A DNA stretch of 64,000 bases from an uncultured Sanguibacteroides sp. (GCF_900543425.1 NZ_UQRQ01000005.1:1597-65596), one strand, 5' to 3'; counted from the first letter of the stretch, positions 17,855-27,859 are shown. Translations and numbers: made by a program. The notes: generated by a model not told the origin, from the letters alone.

Positions 17855-18751
17855 ATGAGTGAAATTATTAAATTAGAGACAGTTCAGGATTACAACAATA
17901 TGTTGGGTGTGGAGACCTTGCATCCGTTGGTGAGCGTGGTCGATTTTTCAACACTCGAGGTACTCGAGCACAGCCGCAAAAATTTCGGCTTTTACTGTAT
18001 ATTTCTCAAGGAACTCGATTGCGGCACACTCTTGTACGGTCGCAGTAAATACGACTATCAGGAAGGTACTCTCGTTTTTCTGGCACCGGGACAAGTAGCA
18101 GGCATAGACGACGGCGGAGAGACCCGCAATCCCAAAGGCTGGGCTTTGATTTTTCATCCCGATTTACTCTACGGAACATCTCTGGCCCGACGAATAAAGG
18201 AGTATACCTTTTTCTCTTACGAATCAAACGAGGCCTTACACATGTCAGAACGGGAACGTCAGATCATACTCAACTGCTTTCGAGAAATCCAGGAAGAATT
18301 AGAACACTCTATCGATAAACACAGCAAACAGATTATTGCCGCCAACATCGAGGTTCTGCTCAATCATTGCGTACGTTTCTATGATCGTCAGTTTATCATA
18401 CGGAAGGCCGTAAACCGTGGTCTACTGGAAAACTTTGAGGAATTGCTCTCCGCTTACTTCGATTCGGATAAACCTCAAACCATCGGACTGCCCTCCGTAC
18501 AGTATTGTGCCGATCAATTACATCTATCACCTAACTATTTCGGCGATCTGATAAAAAAAGAGACAGGCAAATCGGCACAAGAACATATACAACTGACCGT
18601 TATCAGCAAAGTTAAAGAATTATTGATAGAAAGTAACAAATCTGTCAGTGAAATCGCTTATTCTTTGGGATTTAAGTACCCTCACCATTTGAGTCGTATG
18701 TTCAAGAATCTCGTTGGCTCCACACCAAACGAATATCGGACAGTAAGCTAA
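17855..18751 (+). CDS. AraC-family transcriptional regulator (paralog of 16757..17659)
   Basis: 298 aa and collinear with the neighbour (TLHPLVSV.D, IFHPDL, LLNHC.RFYDRQFI, C-terminal HTH ...IAYSLGFKYPHHLSRMFKNLVGSTPNEYR). Confidence 0.85.
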   Translation: MSEIIKLETVQDYNNMLGVETLHPLVSVVDFSTLEVLEHSRKNFGFYCIFLKELDCGTLLYGRSKYDYQEGTLVFLAPGQVAGIDDGGETRNPKGWALIFHPDLLYGTSLARRIKEYTFFSYESNEALHMSERERQIILNCFREIQEELEHSIDKHSKQIIAANIEVLLNHCVRFYDRQFIIRKAVNRGLLENFEELLSAYFDSDKPQTIGLPSVQYCADQLHLSPNYFGDLIKKETGKSAQEHIQLTVISKVKELLIESNKSVSEIAYSLGFKYPHHLSRMFKNLVGSTPNEYRTVS

Positions 18752-18974
18752 AAATCTTTGGTAAATCTGCCAAGGATGGTACACTATCGGGAAACATGAA
18801 AAAAGGCAAGCCCTTTTTATCGCCTGCCTTTATCCTTTTGCGGTCATAGACCTTTTTCGATTTGTGTACCCGATTAAAATTGATCGGACGAGTGTGATGT
18901 TCAATCTCGGCCTCTCGGCTTGCTTTGCGATAGGCTTTGATGTAATCACGTCGAGTTAATTTACTTATCTTCAT
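18702..18974 (-). CDS. small basic hypothetical protein
   Basis: 90-aa ORF with a strongly basic N-terminal two-thirds (MKISKLTRRDYIKAYRKASREAEIEHHTRPINFNRVHKSKKVYDRKRIKAGDKK). Its 3' 50 nt overlap the convergent AraC gene, so the true C-terminus is uncertain. Confidence 0.4.
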   Translation of the reverse strand: MKISKLTRRDYIKAYRKASREAEIEHHTRPINFNRVHKSKKVYDRKRIKAGDKKGLPFFMFPDSVPSLADLPKIFSLLSDIRLVWSQRDS

Positions 18975-19054
18975 AATTACTATCTTTTGTCCTGCAAAGA
19001 TAGCTATTATTTATTTAATACCCGGAAATCAAGTGACCTCCGGATATATTATAT

Positions 19055-20134
19055 TTAAGCATCCTTTTTAGCGTATTCCGACAACTCGCATCCGTATGTA
19101 TCCACCAGAAAATTATCCAAATCGTCAGCTTTAAAAGCCAGATTCGTAATATTTTCCTGTATCTCATCCGCGTACTCGGAAAATATATCCGAAATATGAA
19201 TACGATAAGAGATATAGATCTGATTACCGTCCAACCCCAATTGATAAGGTTTCACATCCGCATTTAACAGGTAGGTTAACACGGGTTCCAGATTTTTCTT
19301 GGGAAGGATGTTAATAGGCGACGTACAGAAAAGATAGGAACGTTGATAAACAAACATACGAATCTCCGAGCTTCCTTTATGGAATGTCCAACATTCATAC
19401 CCGACCCGCGCCAGAACCGGATTTATCCCCATGCTTTCGATCGCTTTCTCACAAAAAACAGCCAAGTCTGTCAGTCCCTGTTCTTTAAAGATATTTTCCG
19501 GTAATTTTTCTCCACAAGAAGGACAATACTCGTCCTCTTCCGAAATCAACTCGTCGCAACTCCCGCACTGTACATTAAACACCGTTCGATCCATATCGGC
19601 AACCTGTTCCAACACCTGTCTCAGACAGGTTACCGGAATACCGAAACCCATGTTATCGGCCTCGGTTATTTTACTGGCTGTAATAGCAACAACCTCGTTT
19701 CGGTCATTAAACATAGGTCCCCCGCTATTACCGGGATTAACAGCTGCATCCGTTTGGATATAGTACTTATCATGAATCAACTGGCGAGGAGAAGAGACGG
19801 TTCCTTCCGTCACGGTAAAAGGCATTCCGAAAGGATAACCGGCAACATTGATCTTTTGCCCGATAGGTATCGTATCTGTCTCCGCAAAAACGATATCCGG
19901 TAAATGCGAGAAATCCCCCTCCACGTTCAACAAGGCAATATCCAAAGCCGGATTCACCAAAACCACTTTAGCCAAAAAACGATTTTTATCATTATCTTGT
20001 ATAGCCACTTGCTGAAATCCATCGACAACATGATAGTTCGTCACAAATAAATCATATCCTTTTAGATAAAAACAACTACCGGCACCTCCGGCATGATTTA
20101 CTTTATAAACCGCATTAAATATATTCTGTTCCAT
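19055..20134 (-). CDS. trypsin-like (S1/S1C) serine protease with internal zinc ribbon and C-terminal alpha/beta domain
   Basis: 359 aa. Catalytic His (TNYHVV), Asp (LDIALL) and Ser (GNSGGPMF). CGSC-x11-CPSC ribbon at aa 190-207. The C-terminal ~140 aa resemble a YbjN/T3SS-chaperone-like fold (weak call). Confidence 0.75.
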   Translation of the reverse strand: MEQNIFNAVYKVNHAGGAGSCFYLKGYDLFVTNYHVVDGFQQVAIQDNDKNRFLAKVVLVNPALDIALLNVEGDFSHLPDIVFAETDTIPIGQKINVAGYPFGMPFTVTEGTVSSPRQLIHDKYYIQTDAAVNPGNSGGPMFNDRNEVVAITASKITEADNMGFGIPVTCLRQVLEQVADMDRTVFNVQCGSCDELISEEDEYCPSCGEKLPENIFKEQGLTDLAVFCEKAIESMGINPVLARVGYECWTFHKGSSEIRMFVYQRSYLFCTSPINILPKKNLEPVLTYLLNADVKPYQLGLDGNQIYISYRIHISDIFSEYADEIQENITNLAFKADDLDNFLVDTYGCELSEYAKKDA

Positions 20135-20143
20135 GTTCTCTCC

Positions 20144-21493
20144 TTATTTGTCATTATTGTCGTTATTGTTACCTCCAAACATAGAGGCCATCATATTCTG
20201 AACATTCTTCATGTATTCTTCCATGTTTACCCCTTGCATAGCCTGCATAGCCTGTTGTTGCATCTTCTGTATCTCTTCCATATTTACTCCCTGCATAGCC
20301 TGCATCGCTTGTTGTTGCATTTGCTGAACATTTTGCATGTATTGAGACATATCCATCTCTTCCTCCGGCTCCAAATTACCTTCCATAATATCATCCATCG
20401 CTTCATGCAGGATAGATGCTGCCTCCTCCCAAGATTTAGCAGAGGTTTCCTGTAAAGCTTTCACGACAAGCGCATTCACATCATCCTGTACGTTATTATA
20501 AAAATACATTTCGTAGAACTTGTAAATGATCAGCAGGCAACAAGTCATATAATCTTCTGCCTCTAACGCATTGGAAGCCCTATCGTAAGTATTTTCAAAA
20601 TTCTCCTGTATATTTTTTAAGTTGGAACGACGTTTACCGGGAATAAAAGTTTCCACAAAATACAGGTTCTCCGCCAACTGATCTTTCGTCATAGCTTGGA
20701 TAGCCACGACCATCTCTTTACCGTGAGCCACAACTTCCGGCAACGGGATATCCTCCCGGTCCATATCGATAACCGCCTTGTTCAAATCATTAAGCAATTG
20801 TCCTTGTGGATGAGCGTAATATAAAATTTTTAATAAAGTAGTATCGACGACGTTCCATGCATACCCGTATTTACGTCCTCCCTCGAAATAACTAACGGCA
20901 TCCATACACTCTTTACAACTCAATTGCACGACATCGTACACGGAATCCACGGTCTGGGCATCATAAGGAGTAACTTTCGGTTCATAAATCCGTTTCGCCC
21001 CGAATTTTGCCTCGAATTCATCATCATATTTATCGCCAACCCGACAAATCTCTTCCAATACATAATAAATCTTATAGGGATTAATTAAGGCAATAGGACA
21101 ACTATACTCAAAAAACAATCGATCGTCCTGAAGAGAAATCCGAGCCAAATCCATATGATTGAAATTTAATCCGGCAATCCGACGCAACAGAGGGATACGT
21201 CCTTTTTCGGGAATGGAAAGAAAAGGAGCCGTGATCTTCAACCAATCATCCTCCAATTTCAAGTTAACCACTATAGATCCGTGAGGAATATCAAATTCGG
21301 TACCCTGAACATTCCCGTATTTAGTGCGGAATTCTGCATTGATGTAATCCAATAAGGCATAAAAAGAACGTAAATATTCTTTATTCTCGAAAGCCTCTAC
21401 ACTCGTGTCGAAAGAATCGACATTCAACTTGCTTTCCGTCGAGGCTATGGTGGAAAGATTAAAAGTTAAGGTTTGCTTCATAATTGCAGCCAT
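20144..21493 (-). CDS. hypothetical protein, YbjN-like N-terminal region, helical middle, Q/M-rich repeat tail
   Basis: 449 aa, 9 bp from the protease gene on the same strand (likely operon). C-terminal QQMQQQAMQAMQGVNMEEI / QKMQQQAMQAMQGVNMEEY tandem, then GGNNNDNNDK. Confidence 0.6.
   Translation of the reverse strand: MAAIMKQTLTFNLSTIASTESKLNVDSFDTSVEAFENKEYLRSFYALLDYINAEFRTKYGNVQGTEFDIPHGSIVVNLKLEDDWLKITAPFLSIPEKGRIPLLRRIAGLNFNHMDLARISLQDDRLFFEYSCPIALINPYKIYYVLEEICRVGDKYDDEFEAKFGAKRIYEPKVTPYDAQTVDSVYDVVQLSCKECMDAVSYFEGGRKYGYAWNVVDTTLLKILYYAHPQGQLLNDLNKAVIDMDREDIPLPEVVAHGKEMVVAIQAMTKDQLAENLYFVETFIPGKRRSNLKNIQENFENTYDRASNALEAEDYMTCCLLIIYKFYEMYFYNNVQDDVNALVVKALQETSAKSWEEAASILHEAMDDIMEGNLEPEEEMDMSQYMQNVQQMQQQAMQAMQGVNMEEIQKMQQQAMQAMQGVNMEEYMKNVQNMMASMFGGNNNDNNDK
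20218..20331 (-). repeat. 2 x 57-nt in-frame tandem repeat within the 449-aa gene
   Basis: Units start at 20218 and 20275 (CTTCCATGTTTACCCCTTGCATAGCCTGCATAGCCTGTTGTTGCAT vs CTTCCATATTTACTCCCTGCATAGCCTGCATCGCTTGTTGTTGCAT). Confidence 0.85.
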
Positions 21494-21838
21494 TTAATTT
21501 TTATTACTATTGTTTCATAAATCTCTATTTATCAAGATTTATAACAACCTGAATACTTCTCGATAACAAAATCACACAAACGTCATAAAATTATGAAATA
21601 ATTGATAACTCCAAAGTCTGAGAATATATTTTATTAATATTTTAAACAACGTACTTATTGCCTTCTAATCTTGCCATTCTTCCATTAATTTTTTAAGTAT
21701 TCAAATAAAAATTATTTTACTTATCTTGCGACAATGAAGAAACAACATCTTAATATTTATGAATTGATTAGAATATAACTTTACCTAATATCATTCGTAT
21801 GACATGCAAAAAACCTAATAATTACACGATCTGATAAT

Positions 21839-22741
21839 ATGAATACACCATCTTTCAAAATACCCGACGAAGGAACTCCGTTAAATCCTCTTTTGTCAAA
21901 ACAAACTTATACATACGCTGAAAAAGATAACCAAAAATTAAAAATGGATATTATCTCCCGGCCTGATCTTTCTAATGATGCTCCAGTAATCCTATTCCTT
22001 TTTGGTGGAGGATTTACCCATGGAGAAAGAGATCGGTCTGTATATAACTTTTACTTTAATCGAATGGCAGAAGAGGGATTCATTATAGTATCCATAGATT
22101 ATCGCCTGGGATTAAAAGACAATCCGGACGTATCGGCTCAAAATATAACACCCCTCGAGAAAGCCATCGATATAGCCCGGGAAGACCTGTTTGATGCTAC
22201 GTCCTACGTTCTAAAAAATGCCACAACACTACATGTGGACACCAAGACAATCATTCTTTCAGGCTCCAGTGCCGGAGCCTTGGTCGTTTTATCGGCAGAT
22301 TGGCACAAAAGAAATCCGAACAAATATTCCACGATCTTACCGCGGGAGTTTCAATACGCCGGGGTTATCAGTTTTTCCGGAGCACTTTTCAGCACGATAG
22401 GACTGCCAAAGTACGAAATAGATCCCGCCCCAACCATGATGTTTCACGGCACGGAAGATCATATCGTATTTTACAAAGGATTACGTTTAAGTACCTATTT
22501 ACTATTAGGTTCCAGCCACTTGGCTGATCTATTCACCTTAGAAAATTATCCTTTCTATTTAAAACGTTATGAAGGCATGGGCCACGAAATCTCGAAACTG
22601 GCAATGCGGGAAGACCTGGACGCCATCGTATGGTTCATTCAAAATTATATCATAAACAAAAAAAATTACAAAATCGACATCACGTTCAATGACCTAAACA
22701 GAGAAAAACGACAATTACTTTCCGTAGAAGAACATCTGTAA
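21839..22741 (+). CDS. alpha/beta hydrolase (esterase/lipase-like)
   Basis: 300 aa. Oxyanion-type LFGGGFTHG and nucleophile elbow GSSAGA. Confidence 0.75.
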   Translation: MNTPSFKIPDEGTPLNPLLSKQTYTYAEKDNQKLKMDIISRPDLSNDAPVILFLFGGGFTHGERDRSVYNFYFNRMAEEGFIIVSIDYRLGLKDNPDVSAQNITPLEKAIDIAREDLFDATSYVLKNATTLHVDTKTIILSGSSAGALVVLSADWHKRNPNKYSTILPREFQYAGVISFSGALFSTIGLPKYEIDPAPTMMFHGTEDHIVFYKGLRLSTYLLLGSSHLADLFTLENYPFYLKRYEGMGHEISKLAMREDLDAIVWFIQNYIINKKNYKIDITFNDLNREKRQLLSVEEHL

Positions 22742-22820
22742 AATTTTTACCTGAAAACAGCAACCGTCATCCGTCCTGTTCACGTATAAAATATATTATA
22801 AATATTTAATTCTGTAAACC

Positions 22821-23093
22821 ATGGAAATTATACACAACACACACGACCACAAATTTGAGATTCGGGACGGTAGACATACGGCAATCGTTGAATACAGACC
22901 CTTCAAAGAAGGAATCGATATCATACATACCTACGTTCCGCAAGAGATGGAAAACAAAGGATATGCCTCAGCCCTTGTAAAACACGCGTTAGAGTATGCC
23001 CGGGAGAATCACCTAAAAGTGATCACCACCTGTCCTTTTTCCAGAAGCTACGTGGCCCGACATCCGGAATACCAGAATTTGATATTCTCATAA
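22821..23093 (+). CDS. small GNAT-like N-acetyltransferase (YjdJ-type)
   Basis: 90 aa. ...HTYVPQEMENKGYASALVKHALEYARENHLKVITTCPF... Hairpin terminator with T-run at 23117-23147. Confidence 0.7.
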   Translation: MEIIHNTHDHKFEIRDGRHTAIVEYRPFKEGIDIIHTYVPQEMENKGYASALVKHALEYARENHLKVITTCPFSRSYVARHPEYQNLIFS

Positions 23094-23261
23094 TAGAAAC
23101 ACCGGGTCTGAAAAACAAACCTGGGATCAAAATCTCCCAGGTTTTTCATTTTAATCTTTAGAGCAAATATCATTTTATTCGATTCTTTTAAATTTTAAAA
23201 GGCCACCTTTTCTACAAATTTACGTAAATTTGGAGTGAAACACATATAAACTACTGTACTT

Positions 23262-24245
23262 ATGGAATATAGAAAGTTAGCAGATTCAGATCTTGAATTA
23301 TCCGTCATCACCTTCGGTTCATGGGCCGTAGGGAGTTGGATGTGGGGAAAAACGGAAAGAAACGACGCTATCGGAGCGATTCGTACCGCCTATGAATTAG
23401 GTGTGACTTCTATTGATACGGCTCCCGTTTACGGTCAGGGAGATAGTGAAGAAATTGTAGGAGAAGCGATCCGGGGAATTCCAAGGGATAAAATACAAAT
23501 CCTTACAAAATTCGGGATGCGCTGGGATGTAAAGAAAGGTACTTTCGCTTTTAAGAGCAAAAACAATAACGGACAAGATATCGATATATACAAGTACGGA
23601 GGCAAAGAGAGCGTGATAAAAGAGTGTGAAGACAGTCTGCGTCGTTTAAAGACAGACTACATCGACCTATATCAAATACATTGGCCGGACCCTTCTACTC
23701 CGGTAAACGAAACATTTGAAGCCGTGGCCAAATTAATAGATCAGGGTAAGGTACGTTATGCCGGAGTATGTAATTACGATACTCCGCTATTGGAAGAAGT
23801 GAAAAAAACAATTTCCATCGTTTCGGACCAAGTTCCTTTCAGCATGGTAAACCGGGAAATTCAAAATGAGATTGTACCCTATTGTATTAAACACGGTAAA
23901 TCCATTTTAGCATATAGCCCTATGCAAGGAGGTTTGTTAACGGGAAAAATGAAACCGGGTTATGTATTTGCAGAAGGGGATCACCGAAAAAATAATAAAT
24001 ATTTTACAGACGAAAATATCCAAAGAACGAACGATTTTCTGGAAAGAATAAAACCTTTAGCAGATGAAAAGGGAGCTACTCTATCCCAACTAATCATCCG
24101 CTGGACCATCGAACAACCGGGTATTACAATTGCTTTGGTCGGCGCAAGGAATGTCCGACAAGCCAAGCAAAATGCAGAGGCCATTAATGTGAAGCTATCA
24201 CACGAAGAGATCGAATTTATTAATAAACAACTGGAGACCTTATAA
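23262..24245 (+). CDS. aldo/keto reductase
   Basis: 327 aa. SIDTAPVYGQGDSEEIVG, YIDLYQIHWPD and LAYSPMQGGLLTGK motifs. -7 box TAAATTTG upstream. Confidence 0.85.
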   Translation: MEYRKLADSDLELSVITFGSWAVGSWMWGKTERNDAIGAIRTAYELGVTSIDTAPVYGQGDSEEIVGEAIRGIPRDKIQILTKFGMRWDVKKGTFAFKSKNNNGQDIDIYKYGGKESVIKECEDSLRRLKTDYIDLYQIHWPDPSTPVNETFEAVAKLIDQGKVRYAGVCNYDTPLLEEVKKTISIVSDQVPFSMVNREIQNEIVPYCIKHGKSILAYSPMQGGLLTGKMKPGYVFAEGDHRKNNKYFTDENIQRTNDFLERIKPLADEKGATLSQLIIRWTIEQPGITIALVGARNVRQAKQNAEAINVKLSHEEIEFINKQLETL

Positions 24246-24277
24246 TCGGATATGGTATTCATATTAAACATATTGTT

Positions 24278-25351
24278 ATGTCTGCTTTATTTACTCCCCT
24301 AACATTAAAGTCCGTTACACTTAGAAATCGTATCGTTCTTTCACCCATGTGTCAATATTCGGCACAAGACGGTTTTGCCGATAATTGGCATTTGGTTCAT
24401 TACGGCAGTAGAGCAGTCGGTGGAGCCGGTTTAGTCCTGGTGGAAGCAACGGCTATCTCTCCGGAAGGAAGAATTACCCCGGATGATTTGGGCTTATGGA
24501 GAGATGAACATGTCGAAAAATTAAAAACGATTACCGATTTCATTACGGAACAAGGAGCCGTCCCCGGCATACAACTTGCTCATGCCGGGAGAAAAGCAAG
24601 TACCCTATCCGAGTGGAAAGGAAAAGGTAAATTTTTAAAACCCGCCGAAGGAGGTTGGAGAACGGTAGCACCTTCACCTATAGCCTACCTGAAAAACCAT
24701 GATACGCCACAGGCATTAACAGCCGAAGGTATTCACAAAGTCATTACGGATTTTACGGATGCCGCCCGTAGGGCCATTGCAGCCGGTTTTAAAGTAATTG
24801 AGATTCACGCGGCTCACGGTTACCTTCTGCATGAATTTTTATCCCCCCTCACGAATCACCGGGAAGATTTATACGGAGGAAGTTTTGAAAATAGGATTCG
24901 ACTACTACTGGAAGTGGTTAACAGCATTCGAAAAGTCATTCGACAAGAAATACCCTTACTCGTACGCATTTCCGCAACAGATTGGGAAAAAGGAGGATGG
25001 GATCCGGAACAATCCGTTCAATTGGCCTCGATCCTGAGTAAAATTGGTGTCGATCTTCTGGATGTCTCCTCCGGAGGACTCATTGCAAACGCCGAGATAC
25101 CCATTGATTACGGTTACCAACTTCCGTTTGCAAGTATAATTCAGAGAAAAACCAGTATGCGGACAGGTAGCGTCGGCATGTTGACGGATCCCATTCAAAT
25201 GGAGACAATTTTAAGAACCGGAGAGACCGATCTGATTATTATCGGACGGGAACTATTACGTGATCCTTATTTCCCTTTGCATGCTGCCGAGCGATTAAAC
25301 GAAAAAATCGTATGGCCCGTACAATACCAAAGGGCACGCCCCATCCGTTAA
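24278..25351 (+). CDS. NADPH dehydrogenase, Old Yellow Enzyme family (NamA-like)
   Basis: 357 aa. LRNRIVLSPMCQYS and HAAHGYLLHEFLSP motifs. Hairpin TACCGGACGGTC/GACCGTCCGGTA at 25377-25404. Confidence 0.85.
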   Translation: MSALFTPLTLKSVTLRNRIVLSPMCQYSAQDGFADNWHLVHYGSRAVGGAGLVLVEATAISPEGRITPDDLGLWRDEHVEKLKTITDFITEQGAVPGIQLAHAGRKASTLSEWKGKGKFLKPAEGGWRTVAPSPIAYLKNHDTPQALTAEGIHKVITDFTDAARRAIAAGFKVIEIHAAHGYLLHEFLSPLTNHREDLYGGSFENRIRLLLEVVNSIRKVIRQEIPLLVRISATDWEKGGWDPEQSVQLASILSKIGVDLLDVSSGGLIANAEIPIDYGYQLPFASIIQRKTSMRTGSVGMLTDPIQMETILRTGETDLIIIGRELLRDPYFPLHAAERLNEKIVWPVQYQRARPIR

Positions 25352-25596
25352 AATAACCCGAACGGACATCCCCCTGTACCGGACGGTCGTTTGACCGTCC
25401 GGTAAGACCTGTTTTGCCGATCATTTCCATTTTCCTTCTTATCCATTGACCCGGCAATAAACAGATGATTATAAGAATACTACCAATCGTTTTTTTTATC
25501 AATTAAAATGTCTGCAAAAATTCAACTTATTTTTATTGACAAAATAATTTTTTTTTGCAATCTTTGTATATTATCGACTTTTAGATTTTGAATTCA

Positions 25597-26847
25597 ATGG
25601 CATATTATATTTTCATTATTTTATTGTGTGGTGCGATTGTTTTTTTACTATACAGAATACTGTATTTAAAAAAACAACTTCGATACAAAATTCAAGAAAT
25701 AAAAGACAACACTTCTTTTTCTGAAAATATTTTTGAAAATATTCAAGCATATATCTTACTGATAAATCCCGATTTCATTGTCTTAAAAACAAACTTTTAC
25801 GCCCTCACCTCCACCCAGGAGTCTTCTCCCAAAAGAGTAGGGGAACTGTTCAACTGCATAAATGCAATTGAAGCCGGAGAATGCGGAAAGGGAGAGTTAT
25901 GTAAAACCTGTATTATTCGGCAAACAATCACTAATTCCTTATTGAATAAATCCAATTTTTCAAAGTTAGAAGCTACCTTGCAAATGCAAGTATCTGATAA
26001 TAGGATTCATAATTGCCACGTTCTAATCTACGGCTCCTACATGCATACTTTACCTTCCGGGGGAATGCTGTTGACCATATGTGACATTACAGACCAAAAA
26101 CAAAATGAACTCAGATTAGAGGATACAAAAGAAAAATTTAAACGTATCGAAGAATCCAAATCCCTATTTCTTACAAGTTTAGGCCATAAAATCAGGAATC
26201 AGTTGAATGGAATTCTGGGATGGACAAGCCTTGTCATTGCAGACCAAAAACTCACGTCCGCACAACAACAAGAATACATCAACCTGATTTATCAGAATAC
26301 GGATAACCTACTTCATCTTTCTGACAATATCATTCAATTCTCGCAAGTCGATAACATTGATATTGACATCACTCCTTCTGTTTTCAATGTAAAAGATCTT
26401 TGTCAAAATTTGATTAATATTCGTTTCAGCTATTCACATCCGGATGTGAAACTTTACCTGGACAAGGCAGCAGAAGACATTATCGTATATTCTGACCAGA
26501 TGAAACTCAATCAAATCCTTCTAAATATAATTTCCAACGCTCAAAGGTTTACGAATAAAGGGTTTATTCGAATTGCTTTCCAAGTAAACAGCAGACAACA
26601 TAGCGTAGACTTTGTCGTTGAAGATACCGGATGCGGAATGTCAGCAGAACAACAGATACATCTGTTCGAACGGTTTTACAGGGGAAATGATTTTTCCGAT
26701 ACTCCAGGCTTGGGCCTCTCCATTTGTCAGGCTTATATCAAGGCATTAGGAGGTGATATCCGAGTCCAATCGAAAAAAGACAGAGGAACTTCTGTATTCT
26801 TCTCTATAAAGAAAAATGATATCCCTAAAGAAGAATTAATACTCTGA
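25597..26847 (+). CDS. sensor histidine kinase (orphan), TM anchor + Cys-containing sensor domain + HisKA/HATPase
   Basis: The track start at 25588 is TTG. The first ATG is at 25597 (MAYYIF...). H-box SLGHKIRNQLNGI, N-box NIISNAQRFT, G-boxes VEDTGCGM and GLGLSIC. No adjacent response regulator. Confidence 0.8.
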   Translation: MAYYIFIILLCGAIVFLLYRILYLKKQLRYKIQEIKDNTSFSENIFENIQAYILLINPDFIVLKTNFYALTSTQESSPKRVGELFNCINAIEAGECGKGELCKTCIIRQTITNSLLNKSNFSKLEATLQMQVSDNRIHNCHVLIYGSYMHTLPSGGMLLTICDITDQKQNELRLEDTKEKFKRIEESKSLFLTSLGHKIRNQLNGILGWTSLVIADQKLTSAQQQEYINLIYQNTDNLLHLSDNIIQFSQVDNIDIDITPSVFNVKDLCQNLINIRFSYSHPDVKLYLDKAAEDIIVYSDQMKLNQILLNIISNAQRFTNKGFIRIAFQVNSRQHSVDFVVEDTGCGMSAEQQIHLFERFYRGNDFSDTPGLGLSICQAYIKALGGDIRVQSKKDRGTSVFFSIKKNDIPKEELIL

Positions 26848-26923
26848 CCGTTTATTTAAGTATTGAGAAAATCAAAAATGGAACCTTAACTTCTTTTTTT
26901 TCGTTTATCTCCGAAAAAGAATT

Positions 26924-27859
26924 ATGGAGATATCTCAAAAACCAGAAGCTTACAAAGGGCATCTCATGGCATTGACCACCATATTGATCTATAGCTTTAA
27001 TACCAACTTCATGAAAATCGTAATGCCCGAATGGATTGGAGCCCACGGACTGGTGTTAATCCGTTGCATTACCAGCACGATAGGATTTTGGGTTATCTCA
27101 CTCTTTATTCGCACTACGCAACAAGACCACCCTTCGGGAAAAGAGATCGGTATCATTATGTTAGGAGGAGCCTTGGGCATGGGAGCAAATCTGCTACTTT
27201 ATATCAATGGTTTGGCTCTCACGGGACCCGTAGATGCTTTTGTTATCCGTACCGTACAGCCTATCGTGGTAATTGCATTAGCTGTTTTTATCCTGCACGC
27301 GAAATTTACCAGAAACAAAGCTATCGGTATCTTACTTGGTTTGGCAGGGACACTCTACATTTCAATCGTACCTCATGCAAGCGGAGCGAAAGATTCATTT
27401 ACAGGAGATATACTGATTTTCTTGGCTTCCGTCTGTTCGGCGTTATTTCTGATTTTAATCAAACCCTATACACAAAAATATAACCCGGTCATCGTCATGA
27501 AGTGGATGAGTCTGGCCGCCTTTATCGTTACATTGCCTTTCGGTATTTTTCAACTACTCCACGCTCCTATATTTACCGGAGAGGCACCCGTTCACATCTG
27601 GTTAGAACTGGGCTTCACGTTGATTTTTGCTACAATGATCGCTTATTTCTTAAACGTAAAGGCATTACAATACATCTCTCCTTTTGTGGAGAGCATTTAT
27701 ATCTACCTTCTACCCATCACGGGAGCCATCATCTCTATCGCTTTAGGACTACAGGAATTTTCTTGGCATGACCCGATCGCACTCGTATTAATCATTATCG
27801 GTTTTATCCTCATCAACAAAAAAACAAAGACAAAAGAAGCTACCACACAAAAAGTATAG
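26924..27859 (+). CDS. DMT-superfamily (EamA-like) transporter
   Basis: 311 aa, ~10 TM, two EamA-like halves. Confidence 0.75.
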   Translation: MEISQKPEAYKGHLMALTTILIYSFNTNFMKIVMPEWIGAHGLVLIRCITSTIGFWVISLFIRTTQQDHPSGKEIGIIMLGGALGMGANLLLYINGLALTGPVDAFVIRTVQPIVVIALAVFILHAKFTRNKAIGILLGLAGTLYISIVPHASGAKDSFTGDILIFLASVCSALFLILIKPYTQKYNPVIVMKWMSLAAFIVTLPFGIFQLLHAPIFTGEAPVHIWLELGFTLIFATMIAYFLNVKALQYISPFVESIYIYLLPITGAIISIALGLQEFSWHDPIALVLIIIGFILINKKTKTKEATTQKV

